Numbered from the stretch's first letter, positions 31,901-46,900 are shown. The stretch: 64,000 nt of DNA from Lama glama (GCA_028534125.1 CM052839.1:45508001-45572000); one strand, 5' to 3'. Notes: generated by a model from the letters alone, not told the origin. Made by a program: numbers and translations.

Positions 31901-34900
31901 AATTCACCTCACCCAGACTTAGGGCAGCTATTCTGGTCCCTTTGGGACTATTTCTAAGGAATGGAAATGTCGCTCTGGTCTGTTTTCTGCGTCAGGGAAG
32001 GCAGGAGCTGTGCCAGCTGGCTGGCCCGGAACCCGCTGTGACTGGGCCAGGGCTGCGAACGGCGCGCTGGGCCCCGCCGGGCTGTTACTGGGGAGACTAT
32101 GCAGTCGCGGGCCACAGGACGTGGACTGGAGCGTGGGACCACGTCCCACTGTGCGGCCTCCATGGCTTCGGCCCGAGGCCTCGCTCTGCTCATCTGACAG
32201 GTGGGATGACGGAGCACCTGTGCCTCCTGAGGCTGCCGTGAGGGCAGCCTTGCATTCACACACGTCGGGCCCTCGGAAAGGGCGGCACATGTGGGGCGCA
32301 GGCCCAGCGGCTGTCAGGATTCTCAGGGTGGCAGAGGGGCCATCTGTGCTGCAGAGGCAGAGCTCCGCGGACTGCCAGCAACGGGATACCCACTAGTAAG
32401 CAAACACGGACTTAAGGGAAGCACCTGCAGACCTGCGACCGCCCCTTGGAGAGCGACAGGACTAAAGTTCAGAGGGCAGTCTGTGAACACCCCAGACGCT
32501 CGGGGGACAGGACGCAGGGCTTCGGGCGCCCTGTCTTGTGCTCAAACCCTCTCCCAGCCCAGTCCATCTGGTCAATAGCTGACGCCTGGCCACCTGCAGA
32601 GCCCACCACAGAAGCCGCAACAAGCAGCCGGTCACAGATGTGACATCATCAGACCTGCTGGTCAGGCAGGGTCCAGGGCCAGACAAGGAGCTGAGCACAC
32701 CCGTCTGGGCACCAGCTCCAACCTCCTTCTGCAGGAAGACAGCACGTGGGTACCAAAGCACAGGGTGTGCCCTCATCAACCAAACGCTACCGAGGCAAGC
32801 CCGCAGGTGAGATGGGAGCTCCTGCGCGGAGGGAATGGCAGGGAGGCCACTGGGAGAGAAGACCTGGGAAGCTGGCTTTCAGTCACGCAGACCCTCGTAA
32901 GTGCATGTGCCATCAATCTGTTCTCATCTTAATGACACCCTAGGGGGTCTAAAACCAGATGCCTTTAAGGCCGAGGTAACAGAGACATTCTTGGGAGCTG
33001 TCAGCCGGAATGCAGCATCGACGGGCTCGGCTCACGGGGACCCACTACTCCAAGTGCAGTCACATTTTACAGCCTGAACCACATGCCCACCCCGAGTGCA
33101 GCCCGAATTCATCCTGGCAGGCAGCAGTTAGGAAACGAGCCCCCCCGTGCCCTCCGGACAGAGCCCTGACTGCTGCACACATATGCCGCTCTCGGCCCTT
33201 GGCCCTCCCTGCCCCTGCGCTGCGGCCACACCTCCGGGAGCAGGGCCCACTCTTGGGAGGAGCTGAGACTTGGGGAAGGTGTGTCTGTCAGTCCCAGGTT
33301 CCTTCCCGGCTCCTGGAGAGCTACCCTAAGCCCTCTCTCAAGAACAGAGTCACGGCCCCATCCCTGGGGAGTGACTCAGAGTGGCCCAGGAGCCCAGCTG
33401 TGGCAGCTCCCGCACCTGGAGCCAGGGAGAGGCTCGCTGACCCCCAGAGGCTGCCTGGCCCAGGCGGTGGGCCTCTGCTGTGCTTCCAGTTGTTTTTAAG
33501 GAAATAAAAAACCAAAGAAAGAGCCCTTAAAATTCTGAGCTTTTCAGGGATGCCAGGAGCCTGGTGATTTAAACACCTCCGGGTGCCGGAGGCCCCGGCG
33601 TCCTGAGCTCAGCGGCCCGGGACGCACACTTACGTCGATGATCAGGTACTCCACGGGCAGGGGCCGGGCCAGCTGGGTGATCTCATTGCCAAACTTGTCG
33701 ACGTCCTGAAACAGGAGACAGTGGTCCAGGGCGTGAGTTCAGGGGAGCTGAGCAGTGACAGGTCTCCTTTCACATGCTCACGTCACCCCCGAACTACAAC
33801 TCCTGCTGAGGCGCATGAAAGGCAGAGAGGAGAGTGACTCCACCCTCTGGCACCCCTGGCAGGCCTCCCCTACTGCCCTGCCCTCTGCCCTGCCCTCTGC
33901 CCCGCCCGGCACTGAAGCTGTGTGGGAGACAGACCCAGGGCCCCTGCGCCCTGGCACCCACCTGTGCCCCATCCTCCTCTACACGCTCTCTCGGCCTCAT
34001 ATCTGAATCTTGACTTGGAAGAGCCTCACTCACACGTCTGAAAACTCAACTTTGTGGAAACTTAATCCTTGTCCATTAGTAAAATAAACACACAAACAAA
34101 TGAGTACGTGCGTACACGTACACACACTCACGGAAACCCCCACCGCCAACCCGTCGAAGTCGGAACTTGCTTTGCTTTGTCAGATGCACGAACATGCAGT
34201 TTAATTACGGGGAAAACGGCCAACACATGTTCATTAATCATAAAATGACAGTTAGATCTGATTTATGTCAAGCATGCTGAGTTCGAACAGAGCTCTAGAA
34301 ATAAATTAAGAACCAACGCTCTTCTTTAAAGATTCTGCAAAAGGGGGTCATATTTTCTATCTAAATCATCACTTAACGTTATATAAACCATTCACTGAGT
34401 CATATAAATTATACATCCATAATGTCCAATTACGGGGCCTTACATAAAAGTTCAGGTTTATTAAAAGCTCTCAGGCCCTAATGGAGGCCAAGCAGATTCC
34501 CCCAAGGCACGCAGGGTGATGCAAGGCCACCCCCGCACAGGGCACCCTCCGGAGATGACAGAGGCTGCGCTGTCTTTTGGGAAACCTTCACAGGCTGAGC
34601 CGAGACCGTGATCCTAACGGGACGCCCAGGGCCCCACGAGGCCCTGCTCCTTTAGTTCGGAAAGTAAACTCTCTGGTCTGCAGCGCACCTCCGATAACTC
34701 ACACCTTCCCTACCTCTTCTCTGTTCACAACCCAGAGGGCCACTAGCAAGAACCCACCCCTCTGCCGCTCAGAAAACGGTCACACACGTGAAGCCGCCAC
34801 ACATGGAGCACAAGCCCACCCAAGGACACGCCCCTGGAAACAACGCTCCGCTCTGAAGTGGGTCCCTCGTCCCTCACCTGCTCGTCTCCACCGCAGGGGA

Positions 34901-37900
34901 GCTGGGCCCGGCTCTGTGGCCCCACCAGCTTGACAGCGGCAGCCCAAGATGTGAGGCCCACTCAGCGGGTCCTGGGGCCACAGAGGAGATACGGTGGGAG
35001 TATCAAATCTAATCAAACTAAATCACCATTTCCAAAAATACACGCTTGCCCTACAAGAAACACCCTGCAGCAACTCGCGCGTGATGAGTCCGTCTGGAAT
35101 TCCTCTTCAGCTCTAATTAGGCTCTAATATGCAGAGACACTTCCCAGCACCTGTTCGCTTTAATCTTCGCCTCTAGGGAGGTTTCTGGTTAAAAGCCCCC
35201 CTCTCTCTTTTGTGTGTGTCGTGCTATTCTCTTTCAAATTTAACTACCCCACCGTACCCTTCTGCTCCCCAAGATAATAAAGGTGTTGGTTCCCAGCTCT
35301 TCCCTGGGGAGCAAGCAGATGACTTCTCTCTCTCCCCAGGCCTTCACTCAAATGCTCCTGCCAGCCAGCCTCTACCCGATACACCACTTAAAGGCAATGA
35401 CTTTTTACGGGCTGAGCAAATGTCAGGCAGAACCCACGAGGAGAAGGCGCCGTAGTCCTATGTTTGGCAGCCACCAAGCATCCGCAGTTTTCTCTCCACC
35501 TGGAGTAAGACATTGGGAGTCAGGACTCAAGGTCCCCAAGGCCTCGCAACCCGCTATCAGCCACGTCTGGAAACGTCCATCCATCTCTGGCGCTCACTGG
35601 CAAGTGGGCTCTATGCCAGGACAGCAGCAAACTGCACTGACCGGTTGGCGCCACTTGTTTGGAAAAGGCAAACGAGACCCTCCTGTACCGCTGTTCTCCT
35701 TAAAGAGAGGGCAAGAAGGCGACAAGGGAAACCAGCAGCCTGATGGGAGACGGCTCGGCACAAGAGAGTCCCCGTGTGGGAAACAGCGGGGTCGGCGGGC
35801 GCCCATGGGCACCCGCAGCTGACACATCTCAGGCCCGCGCAGAGCCTGGGCCAGGCCGGACCCCTTGCACACAAGGCCACGGGGTCCCCATCACACGAGG
35901 AGGACACAGAGGGCTACAAGGGGTCGCCCTGCCCGAGATCCAACAGCCCAAAGCCAGTCCGTGCACATCGACTCAGGATCTCGGCATCAGAACTCGCGCC
36001 TCTGCTCCTGCAGGGCAGCCGCGCCTGCGGGTGGGCACATTCAGCCCCATCCTGCCCTGCAGGGCCTGACAGCAGACCCGCTGCCCCTCCTGGCTCAGCC
36101 ACTGGCCTTTGACACTCAGGTTGCTGCAAAAGCCTCCTGCCTCAGACCGCCCTTCACACCACATCCAGCAGGAACATTCCAGAACCACCTTCTGTCCTTT
36201 GTTCTGTGGCTCCCCACCGCCTACCACCCCCATCACAGGCGCACTCGAGCTAGCCGGGGCCTGGGCCCCCTGGACATGCCCTCCAGACGTGTGGCCCCCT
36301 GGACGGCTCCCTCCCCACCCAGCTGACTCACCCTCTTCGGTGATACCTAGACAGACGGCCTGAGAGGACAGGACGGGAGCAGCACCCCGTCCAGGTCTGG
36401 ACCGAGTGCAGGGGCTGCAGACCCAGTGGCATCCGTGTGCAGGGGGGCAGGTGAAGGTGGGTGTTGGGGTTCCCCTTTTCATATTAACCTAGAATTCCTG
36501 ACTTGCCAAAATAAGCAGACATTTGGTGTCACAGTAATAAGCCTGCGCATTAATGTTTGGAAAACCGGCTCCTGATGCACACGGGATTTTGAATGGGGAC
36601 CACACACTGTGAGGCCCGGCTCCCAGCCCCAGGCGTCCCCTCACCCAGACCTTCGCCTCAAAAACCTCCAGCACCTCTGCTTCTTGCCTAACCCTCAGCC
36701 AAAAGCTTGGCTTCCTGAGAGCAGACTGAGCCTCCAAGCTCCCACCTGCGGGGCCCACGTGGCTCCCCGGTCAGGGCGGCGGCAGAGGCGCAGGCACCAG
36801 GCCCCGAACCTCACCGCCACACCACCAGCAGAAGCCAGACTCAGCACATCATGATCCAGCCATGTAGTCAGCGAGTGGACGCATTTAGCCTGCATCTGTA
36901 CTTGGCAGAAGAGGAAACGTGAAGGAACCACGTCAGCCGCCAGCAGTGGTTACTGGGTTATCAGTTATCGTTGAACAGGTCTTCCTCACGTCTTGCCTTC
37001 GGCTACCGTGAGCACCAGGAGCTCCTGCCTCACATCACGGAAGGACCACACTGGAGGTGGGGCCGGCGCAGAGCAGGTGGGAAGAAGTAAAGGCAGAAGA
37101 CCTCACTCCCACCACCTGGAGGCCCAGGTGCCCTGCGAGGCACCGAGGCCCTGAGGGAACAACCCACAGCAAGCACGTCTAGAGCCGCCAGGCACCTCCT
37201 CCGCGTCAGGGTGCCGGCACGTGCCCCTCGCCCCACTTCCACAGTGGGTGCTCCCCCAGCACAGACAGAGCTGCAGACAAGAGTGGACCTTCGCGTGTCC
37301 CAGGCCCGCCCTCCATGCACACACACGTGTGCACGTGCCCCTTCAAGAACAAGGAGAGGCGGGAGTGTGCTGCGTGCACAGGCACATTTTAAAACTTTAC
37401 AGTGAGTCTTATCTCATGTCTTCAAATAATTTCCGCACCACAACTTCAGAGATCACAGAACGCCCCCCGCACAGATGTGTTGCAGCTTCACGCCCCTGTC
37501 CCTGGACTGCCGGGTCGCTCTGCGTCTCTGTTCCCAAGGATCACACCACGATGAACAGCCTTAGACAACACGGGTGCGCGTCCTGTTTACGAGGCACATT
37601 TTAAACCCGACCCCAAAGCCCACAGGAGGACTACAAAGATTACTTAAATGTTTAGTTTCATAGGTCTCTTTGCTCAAACTGATGTTTTCCTGAAACACAT
37701 GAGAGATGAGTGTCTCAGGTCCTACAGGGCTACAAACAATCCTCAGAAGCCCTGCTGGCCGGCTCTCACTAACGGGCAGGGAAGCAAACTGAGGAAGCAG
37801 GAGCAAGATCAAGGAAATGGCACACACTCTGTGACGGGAGTCAGCTCTCCTTCAGTGCAAGAAACTTAAAAGACATGGAAATAAAACACAAATTTCTCAC

Positions 37901-40900
37901 CTGATAAAAGGTATCGCAAAACACAAAAGCCCCACAACAAACACAGTCAATGATGAAATCCCCACAGCGCACCCTCTGCAATGAACCACCAGACCCTGTT
38001 CCGAAGCCCCGCTGGCACAAGGAGCCAATGGGGGGCAGGGCCAGAGCCCCTGCTCCTGCTCCTGGACAGCAGGCAGTCTGTGCAGAGACCCAGGAGCCCA
38101 CAGTCAGGGGAGCGAACGGTAAAGCCAAGCGTTCACCAGTTTCCAGCAGCCAACAGTTTGAAAATGTCATTTAAAAAAGATGCTTCTCGTAATACGCAGA
38201 AAGCATAAGGTACCTCAGAACAAGCTAGCAAATGACAGAAAAACTTTCAAAGAGAAGCCCCCTAACCTTCTGAGCAATGTCAAAGACCAGAAAATACGGG
38301 CAGCCCACGCCCGCCCTCGGGCTGGAGCGGGCGGGGCTCCTGAGGAAAGCAGGCGGGGCCCTGATGGGCGGGGGCGGGACAGTCGCAGGGACGTGGCCAC
38401 TCTGGCGCTGGTGCGGCTGCGGAGCCCGGGCAGCGGCCGGAAGAGAGGACAGACACACAGCCGTGACCACGGCCACAAGTGACGACAGAGGAGCGCCACG
38501 GGTCAGCAGGCCAAGGAGGGCCAGTTGCAGTAAGTGGTGCTCAGCCGATCATCCACACGGCTGAAAACTCGAGAAAAACCAGACCCCTACTTCACACCAC
38601 ACACGTAGGCCAATTCCAGGTGGACCAGGAACCCCAACATGCGAGACAAAACCATGAACCTCATGGACGATAAGACAACAGACTTTCTTTATGACTCAAG
38701 ACACCAAACCGCAAAGACGAGTCAGGAAGCTGACCCAGGGAAACGGACCCTCCTCGGAAGAGGCAACCGCCGGAGCCGCATGCAGAGCTGTCACCAACGT
38801 CCGGGGTCGGGAGGCAGAAAAGGGAGGAACGGGAACGGACGTGAGCCGGCCTTCGCAGGAGGCAGGGAGGGCCCATAACAAAGACAGAGCGCGCTGACCA
38901 CACTCAGGGTCAGGTCGGTGCAGGTCTGGCGCAGCGAGACTCCACCCGCGGCCGGCCAGGGAGGTGCGTCTGGGGCCGCCCAAGGTAAGTGCACGTGGTA
39001 AGTCTCCGGGGCAGAAAGAGCACGGTTCCCGCCCACCACGTGCAGCAGCACGTAAACCCACGACACCTGGTTCGGGGAAACCAACCCAGGAAGGAGGATG
39101 AGGGAGAAGAGCCCACGGGGGGGGGGGCACACAAGCCCTCATGAGGCTCAGGCCGGTGGCAGCAGAAGCCAGAGACGTGTTCACACAGGTTCGGGGAGAA
39201 GATGCCAGGCCAGGGATGGCCTGGGGGCCTGGAACCTCACGCTTCTGACGAGATCAAAGCCCAGCTGACACCACCGCAGCAGCCCGGAGAGGCCCAAGCA
39301 GAGAGCGTGGCTGAGCTCTGCCCAGACTCCTGACCACGGAGCTGTGAGGCAATAAAGGGCTGCCGTCCTGCGGCCACTGCACCTGCGCCATTTGTCAGGG
39401 CAGCAACAGGAACACACACAACAGCCAAACACGACCCGCCAGCCCCCAGACCAAGGAGCCCGGCAAGCCCCAAACCCGGGGCACCAGGCAGGTCAAGAAC
39501 CGGGTGCTGAGGCCAGCGGTAGAGAGGCGCTGTCATGACGGACAGAGGAACTTGCAGGGTGACAGCTGACTTCCCGCCGGCCACTGGGAGGCAGGCAAGA
39601 GGGGAGCAGGCCGGTCACCCTGCAACTCTGCACAGTGAACACATCCTTCAGAAAAGAAGACAAGATACTTTTTGGATGAACCAGAGGAGCTCCACACTGC
39701 AGGAAACATTAAATGAGTCCTCCGGGAGGAGCAGGGCTGGATGGGAACCGAGTGGGCCAGGACAGGCCCGAGCTGAGCACAAAAGCCGCACTGGGCCACG
39801 GGGAAGCACCTGACTCCCGAATGCTCACACCATGCCAGTCTCCAACACAAGTCATCTTACAGCTTCCACAGGACACGGACGACTGTCTGTCTAAGCAGTC
39901 AGCCTAAACTGGGTCCCCTCCAGGGAGCCCAGCGTGCCCACCTGCAGCCGCAGCCCCGCAGACACTGTTTCTCCTCATCAGAGGCGGGCGCTGTCTGTGC
40001 TGCCGAGTTTGGACTGTGCTACGTACCGTCTCTTGGTTACGGGCCCTAACACCATGATGCCTGAGCAGCTAACGAGCAGCCCTGGAAACGCGTGGCTTCC
40101 TTTACCCACAAGCTGGGCTCTGGACAAGCACGGCTGACAGACGGCCTGCATGGCCAGAGTGCACCAAAGTCAGCGGCGTCCAGGACAGGTCGTGTCCACA
40201 CCGCACCCCATCCAGCTCGCGCTTTCGGAGCCCTCCCATTGTTACCTTGTAGAACACGTCAGGCACGTACTGCTCGCTGCTGGACTCCTTGGCGTAGCCG
40301 AGCTCAGGGGCGTCCTTGCAGGGCAGCAGGCACTCATCCCGGACCAGCGCCATGCACTGATTGGACACCTGGTACCCCTCAAAGTGGACCTGGTTGTCGG
40401 GGCCACCTGCAAGAGAGAGATCTTCAACGAGCATCCACCAAATGACGTTCTTCCCTTTGGGCCAGCAGAACAAACTCCAGAGCATGTCCTATGTAAGAAA
40501 ACCTTCTGGTGGCAGTTTTACGGGGCCCTGAGCACAAGGCCTTGAACGCAGGGCACAGAGATGCCACTGCGGCGCCTCAAACAGCTCCCACCACCCACAC
40601 ATTCTCTCAGAATCCGAAGCAAGGCCGTTAACCTCCAGGTGCTACTTAGTCCTCAGGCTCCAGGTGCTGAGTGAGCCTGCGCTCCAGCAAATTCTGTTCT
40701 CGAGTGCAGGATACAGGATGAGTTCATCTGTGGAGGCCAAGAGACATGCCGCCGTGGATGGGAGAAGACAGAATCCATTTTCGTCAAAAACAACACTAGT
40801 AGCTGCACAGTGTGGACGGCAGCCCCAACCTCAGCTGTCTACACAGCCGCCACATTCGGGAGGCGGGACCCCCAGCACCACGCACCACTCTCCCTCCCCC

Positions 40901-43900
40901 CGCACAAAAAGCTGCAAGGGACTCACAGCTGGGACAAGGGCAGAGGCTGTGGACAAGGGAAGAAGGGCTGCAGAACCTGGCTAGCACTCAGACCCCTCTG
41001 AACACCCTCACTTTCCAGGGCTTTCGAGATTTTAAAGACCCCTTAATATCTGTCTTAGTTTCTTTGACAGAATCAGAATAAGTTACTGATCAGAAAGCAT
41101 AAGTCTGCTCCATCTAGCCTTCAAACGTTTACCAAAAAGCAGGTGAGGCATCTGAAAATGTGAAGGGTGGGGCAGGGCCAGCCTCTGAGGGACAGGCCAG
41201 GCCTGCCATCTGTGTGACTCTGCACACCAGAGGCCAACAGCAGCTGGCTTCCAACGCTAAGCCACACTGGGCTCCAAAGGCCCGTCCACAATCAGCCCTC
41301 GCACCTTCTCTCAGGCCCTCAATTTACATGCTGGGCAGTGGCCACCAAATAACGTCAAGGCGGCCAACACAGGACCGTCACCCGCCAGTGTGTTCCGGGA
41401 ACGAATGTCACACCACAGTGAGTGTGTGGTTTCAAAGGAGCAGAGGCGAAGGCGAGGCAGGGCCGCGGAGGAGCTGCCCGTGTACGCCCTGGGAAACTGC
41501 ACTGGTTTTTAGACTGATTGTGCAATGAAAATCTGGCCTGTGAGAACCAGAGAAAAATTGAAATGTGTTTGTAAAATGGAAGGCTCTTAAGACAAAGTCA
41601 CTGAGACGAACCGCAAGCTTCCCTTTTCCACATGGAAAAGCGAGAATCCAGGTCCTAAGGGGTTCAGTTAACCGTGCTGGAAACCTAATACCAACCCAGC
41701 GGCGAAGGTAACTTAGCCACTGCTCCCTTCCCAGATCAGTCCATCAGGAAACCCACTGCGCAGCGGGAAGGGGCCAGGATAAAGAACTCAGCTGCTACTG
41801 AGGCTGACAGGCTGCCCCAGAAAATAACATTCCCAGCCGAGAAACAGGCGTGGCTGTGCCAGGTGACCGAGACACAGATGCCAGCGTGGCGCAGGGAGCG
41901 TAGACAGGGGCTCTGTGACGAGTCTCCTCCCACAAGCTCCTTCACGTTCACCTGAGCGAACAGCACACGTGACTGCCGCTCTTCCCCCGGGAGCCCCAGG
42001 CCAGGGTGGGAGGGAGCGCAGACATGAGGGAAGCACGGAGCTTGCAGCTGCAGCAGCAGCTCTGGGCGCGGCTGGCAGCAGGTGGCGCGGAGTGCAGGAG
42101 GCCTGGAACACAGCTGCCATCTCCGGGGAGATGGCCACAAACACATAGGCCTGCTCCTTCCTGTCCCATCAGGGCCTCAGGGAAGGGACTCCAACCAGGG
42201 CACCTCAAACAGCTCCACAGGGGAACAACGGGTCCCCAGTCGGGAGCCATGCTGCAGAAGAGCACGCTTCATGTGGAGCTGGAGCGTCCACGACACTTCA
42301 GATCGCCACCCTGCCATCGCTGGCCCCAGGGAAGGAGGGATTATGAGTCTGAGGATTCACATCACCAAGAGGAACAACTCAGCACAGATGTGAAGACTAA
42401 CCACAGATTTTACCGTTGAGTTAGTTACTGCCTTACAGTTCTAAAACCTTTCAGTAAAGTGCCGATTTCAGAGACAAAAATTCCACGGACGATCTCTAAT
42501 TTCCAAACTCCCAAGAAGAGGCACCTTCGTTAACTGAAAGTGCAGGCAGCCCCTAAGTTAGAAACGGTAATTCTAAAAACGTGGCTGGGGCCAGTTCTTG
42601 TGGCCCACTGAAACACTACCCGTGGAAACAGTAACTAAAAGGGCTAGGTCACCCCGGGAGCCCATGGAAGCCTGACAAGTTCTCACGAGGGGCGGTTCTG
42701 GAAACCTGCAGGGGTGACATTCGGTTGTCCCAGTGAAGGTGGACGGGTGGGGCGGGCAGCTGCCAGTCTCAGCTGGAGTCGAAGAAGCCAGACGTCCTGC
42801 TGTGCTCAGGGGACACACATCCATCCCATGGGGCCAAGAATGTCCCCGCACATGCGTGTCGGCAAAACCCCCATTTGTGACGACCTGGGATTAGAATCAA
42901 CTGTATTTTATACACAGCCACAGAAACAGCTGCGCAGTTTTAACACACGGTGGACTCTCTAGGAGTGTGACACGGCCTGAACTGAGGCTCCAAGCTGCGT
43001 GGAGAGAACCAGGCCCGGAGGCCATCCCACACGGCGCAGCCCCGCGCCGGCCCTCGGCAGGGGTGGGTCCCACGCACCAGCCCGCTGGAACATCCCGTCT
43101 TAGTACACACGCTTCTCCACCGTTCTCTCAGGCCACTATCCTACCTTCTTCTTCACAGCCAGCTGTGTGGGCAAGTGTATCATCTATGAGCTGTATTTTC
43201 TGGGCAGGAAAGGGGTGTCACAAATGTTCTAAACAGGGCATCCAGTCTGACAGGTCTGGGAACCACCAGTCAAAATGCATGTACCCACAATGGGGGGCGG
43301 GGGCTTGCTGATAACCAGGCAAGAAAGAGAATACTTTTCTCCCCTTCCTCAGACACAAGCCGGCTTGGCAAAATCCTGAGTTACGTACAACATGGCTCTG
43401 CTCTGCTCCTCAGCATTCAGTCTCCCATCTCGGCAGCCCCGCCCGGTCTTCCCTTGCGGAAGGGCCTCTATGCTACAGAACTCTGCCTCTGTTAGTCCCA
43501 CTCAAAACTCCCGCCCACTTCCTTAAACAGATGACCAGACACCGACCTGGGAAGATCAACCTGATCCCACTGGTTCACGCAAACGTATGGACAATGCTGC
43601 CGCTGCCTCTCAGCCCCGAAAGTACATGCATTTCAAAAAGAAGCTGCCTGTCACTCTAAGTGGCTCTCAAATCAAATGGATCTTAACAACTGAGAGAGCA
43701 CGAACGGTGTCCTCCTTCAGGGCCCCCACAACAGTGTGGACAGGCCAACCGGGGCCAGCGAGGCTCCAGGTGCTGACATGTTTGGGCTGACTGTGAACTA
43801 GAGTTTTCTCAACTTGAGGAAGCATGTTACCATGAACAAACCAGATTATCATCTCTGGGACGGTAGAAACCAGGTCCTCACAGGCTCCAGGTTAGTGTCT

Positions 43901-46900
43901 ACTTTGAAAAACTGACAAGAGACTGTTTTTATGACTTGGTTCCCAAAGTTTCAACTTCTTTCTCTTTTTCAGTCATATGGTCCTCTCCCTGGCTTTTTTC
44001 CAAGACAGCATCTCAAATATGTTATAAAAGGTTTGGTGGCACTTTTTTACGGGCCACAAGCCTTTACTACTACCTATGACATACACACATATACATGCGT
44101 ATTTACGACACACAATGACCTGCATAACATGTAACATGACATACAGCATCTCTCACACACAAGCATCACTCCAAGAAAGCCATATGGAAATGGTTTCTTA
44201 AAATGACACGCCCACTTGTAAACAAACAAGTAACAGGAACCGTGGCTCTCCTCCTGCAAAGCCAGTCACCTTTGGTTACTGGAAAGGGGCAACGGTGCCC
44301 TGAACTCCGGTCCAGAACCAAGAGAACTCGGCCTGAGGACAAGAGGGTGGACTAGAGCGGGGCGATGCTGACGCTCCCGTGCTAGGACTCTGCGTGATGC
44401 TGAGAAATTCAGGATTTTAGCCACAAACGAAAAAGAAGAATCTTATGTCTCACAGGTCCCTTAGTAAAATCTACTGTAACTTAGTTAGGAAAGCAAAGTT
44501 ACTGAAAGAGGAACAAAACACGTTAACGAGATCATAATATTTACAATATAGCCCTGCCCCCACGTATACCTGTAGCCACCGCAGTAACAAACTTGGATCC
44601 AAAATGTCCATCTGGGGAGAGCCGACATATGTTGGGGTGCTTATTTTGGAAGTCTCCTGCGGTGATACACTCCTCTGAGCTCAGGAAATAGGTGTCCTAA
44701 GACAAGAGAACCAGTATGTCAGGTTTACAGCGCCACGTCAAAATATGCTCCTCCTTCGACAGGAAACAGTAAGAACGAAACCGTAACGTGCTGGAAACCG
44801 CGGTGAGAGAAGTGCCTGCACCCCCTGCCTGCTGCAGACCCCTCAGACGGGCACACGGGACTAGTCAGGCCAGAAGCACTAGGCAGTCCACCCCCACCGG
44901 CCAACCTCCAAAAAGCACTGGTTTACCATGGCAAGGTAGGTTTTCAGCTACAAGGCAGAACGAACAGACCCAGCCTTTATTTATCAAGAACATGGTGTTG
45001 AAAACAGCGCGGCCTAAAAGCCAGGCGAGCTGTGCAGGGAGCGTCAGCCACAGCAGCATGGTACCGGGCGGGCACCCCCGCCCCATCTCACCTTATTTCG
45101 ACTGTATCGAACTGTACCCTTCCGGGTGTCCTCCGAGACCAGATCTGTGAATATCCAGCCCACCTGCATTCAAGAGAAAAATGCCTTGAGTCTCTCCCTG
45201 AAGCACACGATGACTGTCTTCCAGCTTCCGCCCCTGAGCTAAGACCCCGGTCCTCAGCAGGGCCCCTGGGAGCTGGTCCCTTCCTCCCAAGTGAGTCAGC
45301 TCCTCAACCCAGCATCAGCCACACCAGGGCTCTCACACCCTCCTCCGCGGACACTAGCCACCACCCTGAGTTCTGCCGGATGGGGACAAGTGCAAATGGG
45401 AAGAGCCTGTTTACTCCTCAGGAACCCTCCTCGGCACCACCTCCATGCCAGCACGGGGCCCAGGTGAACCAGAGGAGCAGCACATCAGAGAAAAGGGAAT
45501 TTACACCGAGAGGAAAGCAGACAACCAGCAAGCAGAGAAAGACCGACGCGAGAGCTCTCCCTGTGACACAGGAAAGCAGACTCCCTAGAGAAGGCATTTA
45601 CTTAAAATAAAGAGTGACAGAACAGAGCCCTCGCCCAGCCGCTCTGAGCTCAGACGCAGACTGAAGGAAGCACATGAGGGTACTGGGATCGGAAACGTCC
45701 GGCCCAGAGCTCAAGGTGGCTCGGCCTCCCCGGCACGGGGTAACCGGTCGGCCTTCCAGAACCAGAACCCGGGCGGGAGGTGTGAGAGCGGGCTGGGGTC
45801 CAGGCGCACACTGGCTGGTGTGCTGCCGCCACCCCCCAGCACAGCCTCGGCCCCGCTCTTCAGCTCCCTCTCCTGCAGAGACGACCAAGCAAAGGTGGAG
45901 ACTTTCATCTTCTCTACACATGCCCAAATGAATAAAACCCCCAAGGAGGGCGACGGTGGAGAAAATGAGACTTGAAGGATAAATGTAATTAAGCAGCAAA
46001 TGAGGCAGAACCAAAATCAAGGTGAGAAAAGTAAGGGCTAAGGAACCAGAATTTGCAGAAAAGCATTTAAGTAATTTGAAGATCCTCTATTGTGACTACA
46101 CCTGTCGCGACCCAAACGTTTACAGCAAACACAGGTTTAAAAAAATTACACCAATTTCTCTTTCGAACAAGAGAAACTTCCAGAATTTAAACCAAAATAT
46201 GACCCTAAATCAAGATGCCTACTTCTTGTTAGGAACAATAAAACATTATTTTTTCTTAAAATTGTTTTCTTAAAACGACACAATGACTTTGCTCTACAGC
46301 ATTCCTGGGGTATAAATACAAAGCACGTCTCCAGTGTTCCCCCATTTATCTATAGGGAGTCATTTTTCATTGTCTAAGTTGATTGGGAAATGAAAGATGA
46401 AACTCATGCAGCTATCAATAGTGAACTTCTAAGATGCGTTCAAATCCACAGATCAACGCCACCTGTAAGAATCCATCTGCAAGGTTCCTGGTAACTTCTT
46501 CGAGGGTGTCAGCTAAACTAGAGCAACAGGTTCAAAATGAAAATTCTCCCCCGACTTCTAACTGCCCAGTAAAACTAGGAAGGCTTCCGTATTCTGATGC
46601 CTCAACCATCAGCAGGAGATTGAGTGAGGACTGAAGAGGGACCACAAGCAGCTCCCAGTGCGGAGGACAGAGAATGGTCAGCGTGACACAGACCCAGGAG
46701 GATCTGCCTCACTGCGGGGGACAGAGAACGGTCAGCGTGAACAGACTCAGGAGGATCTATCCTAGTGGGGGGTGGCGGCACACACAGCCTGGCATCCAGG
46801 TCCCCCCCGGGCAGGAGGAAGGGTCTTGCCTCCAACAGTTTCTTTCCCTCCCACTCTGAGGCAGCCCTCATGAAGTACGGCTGGTGGACTGGAAAGTAAC

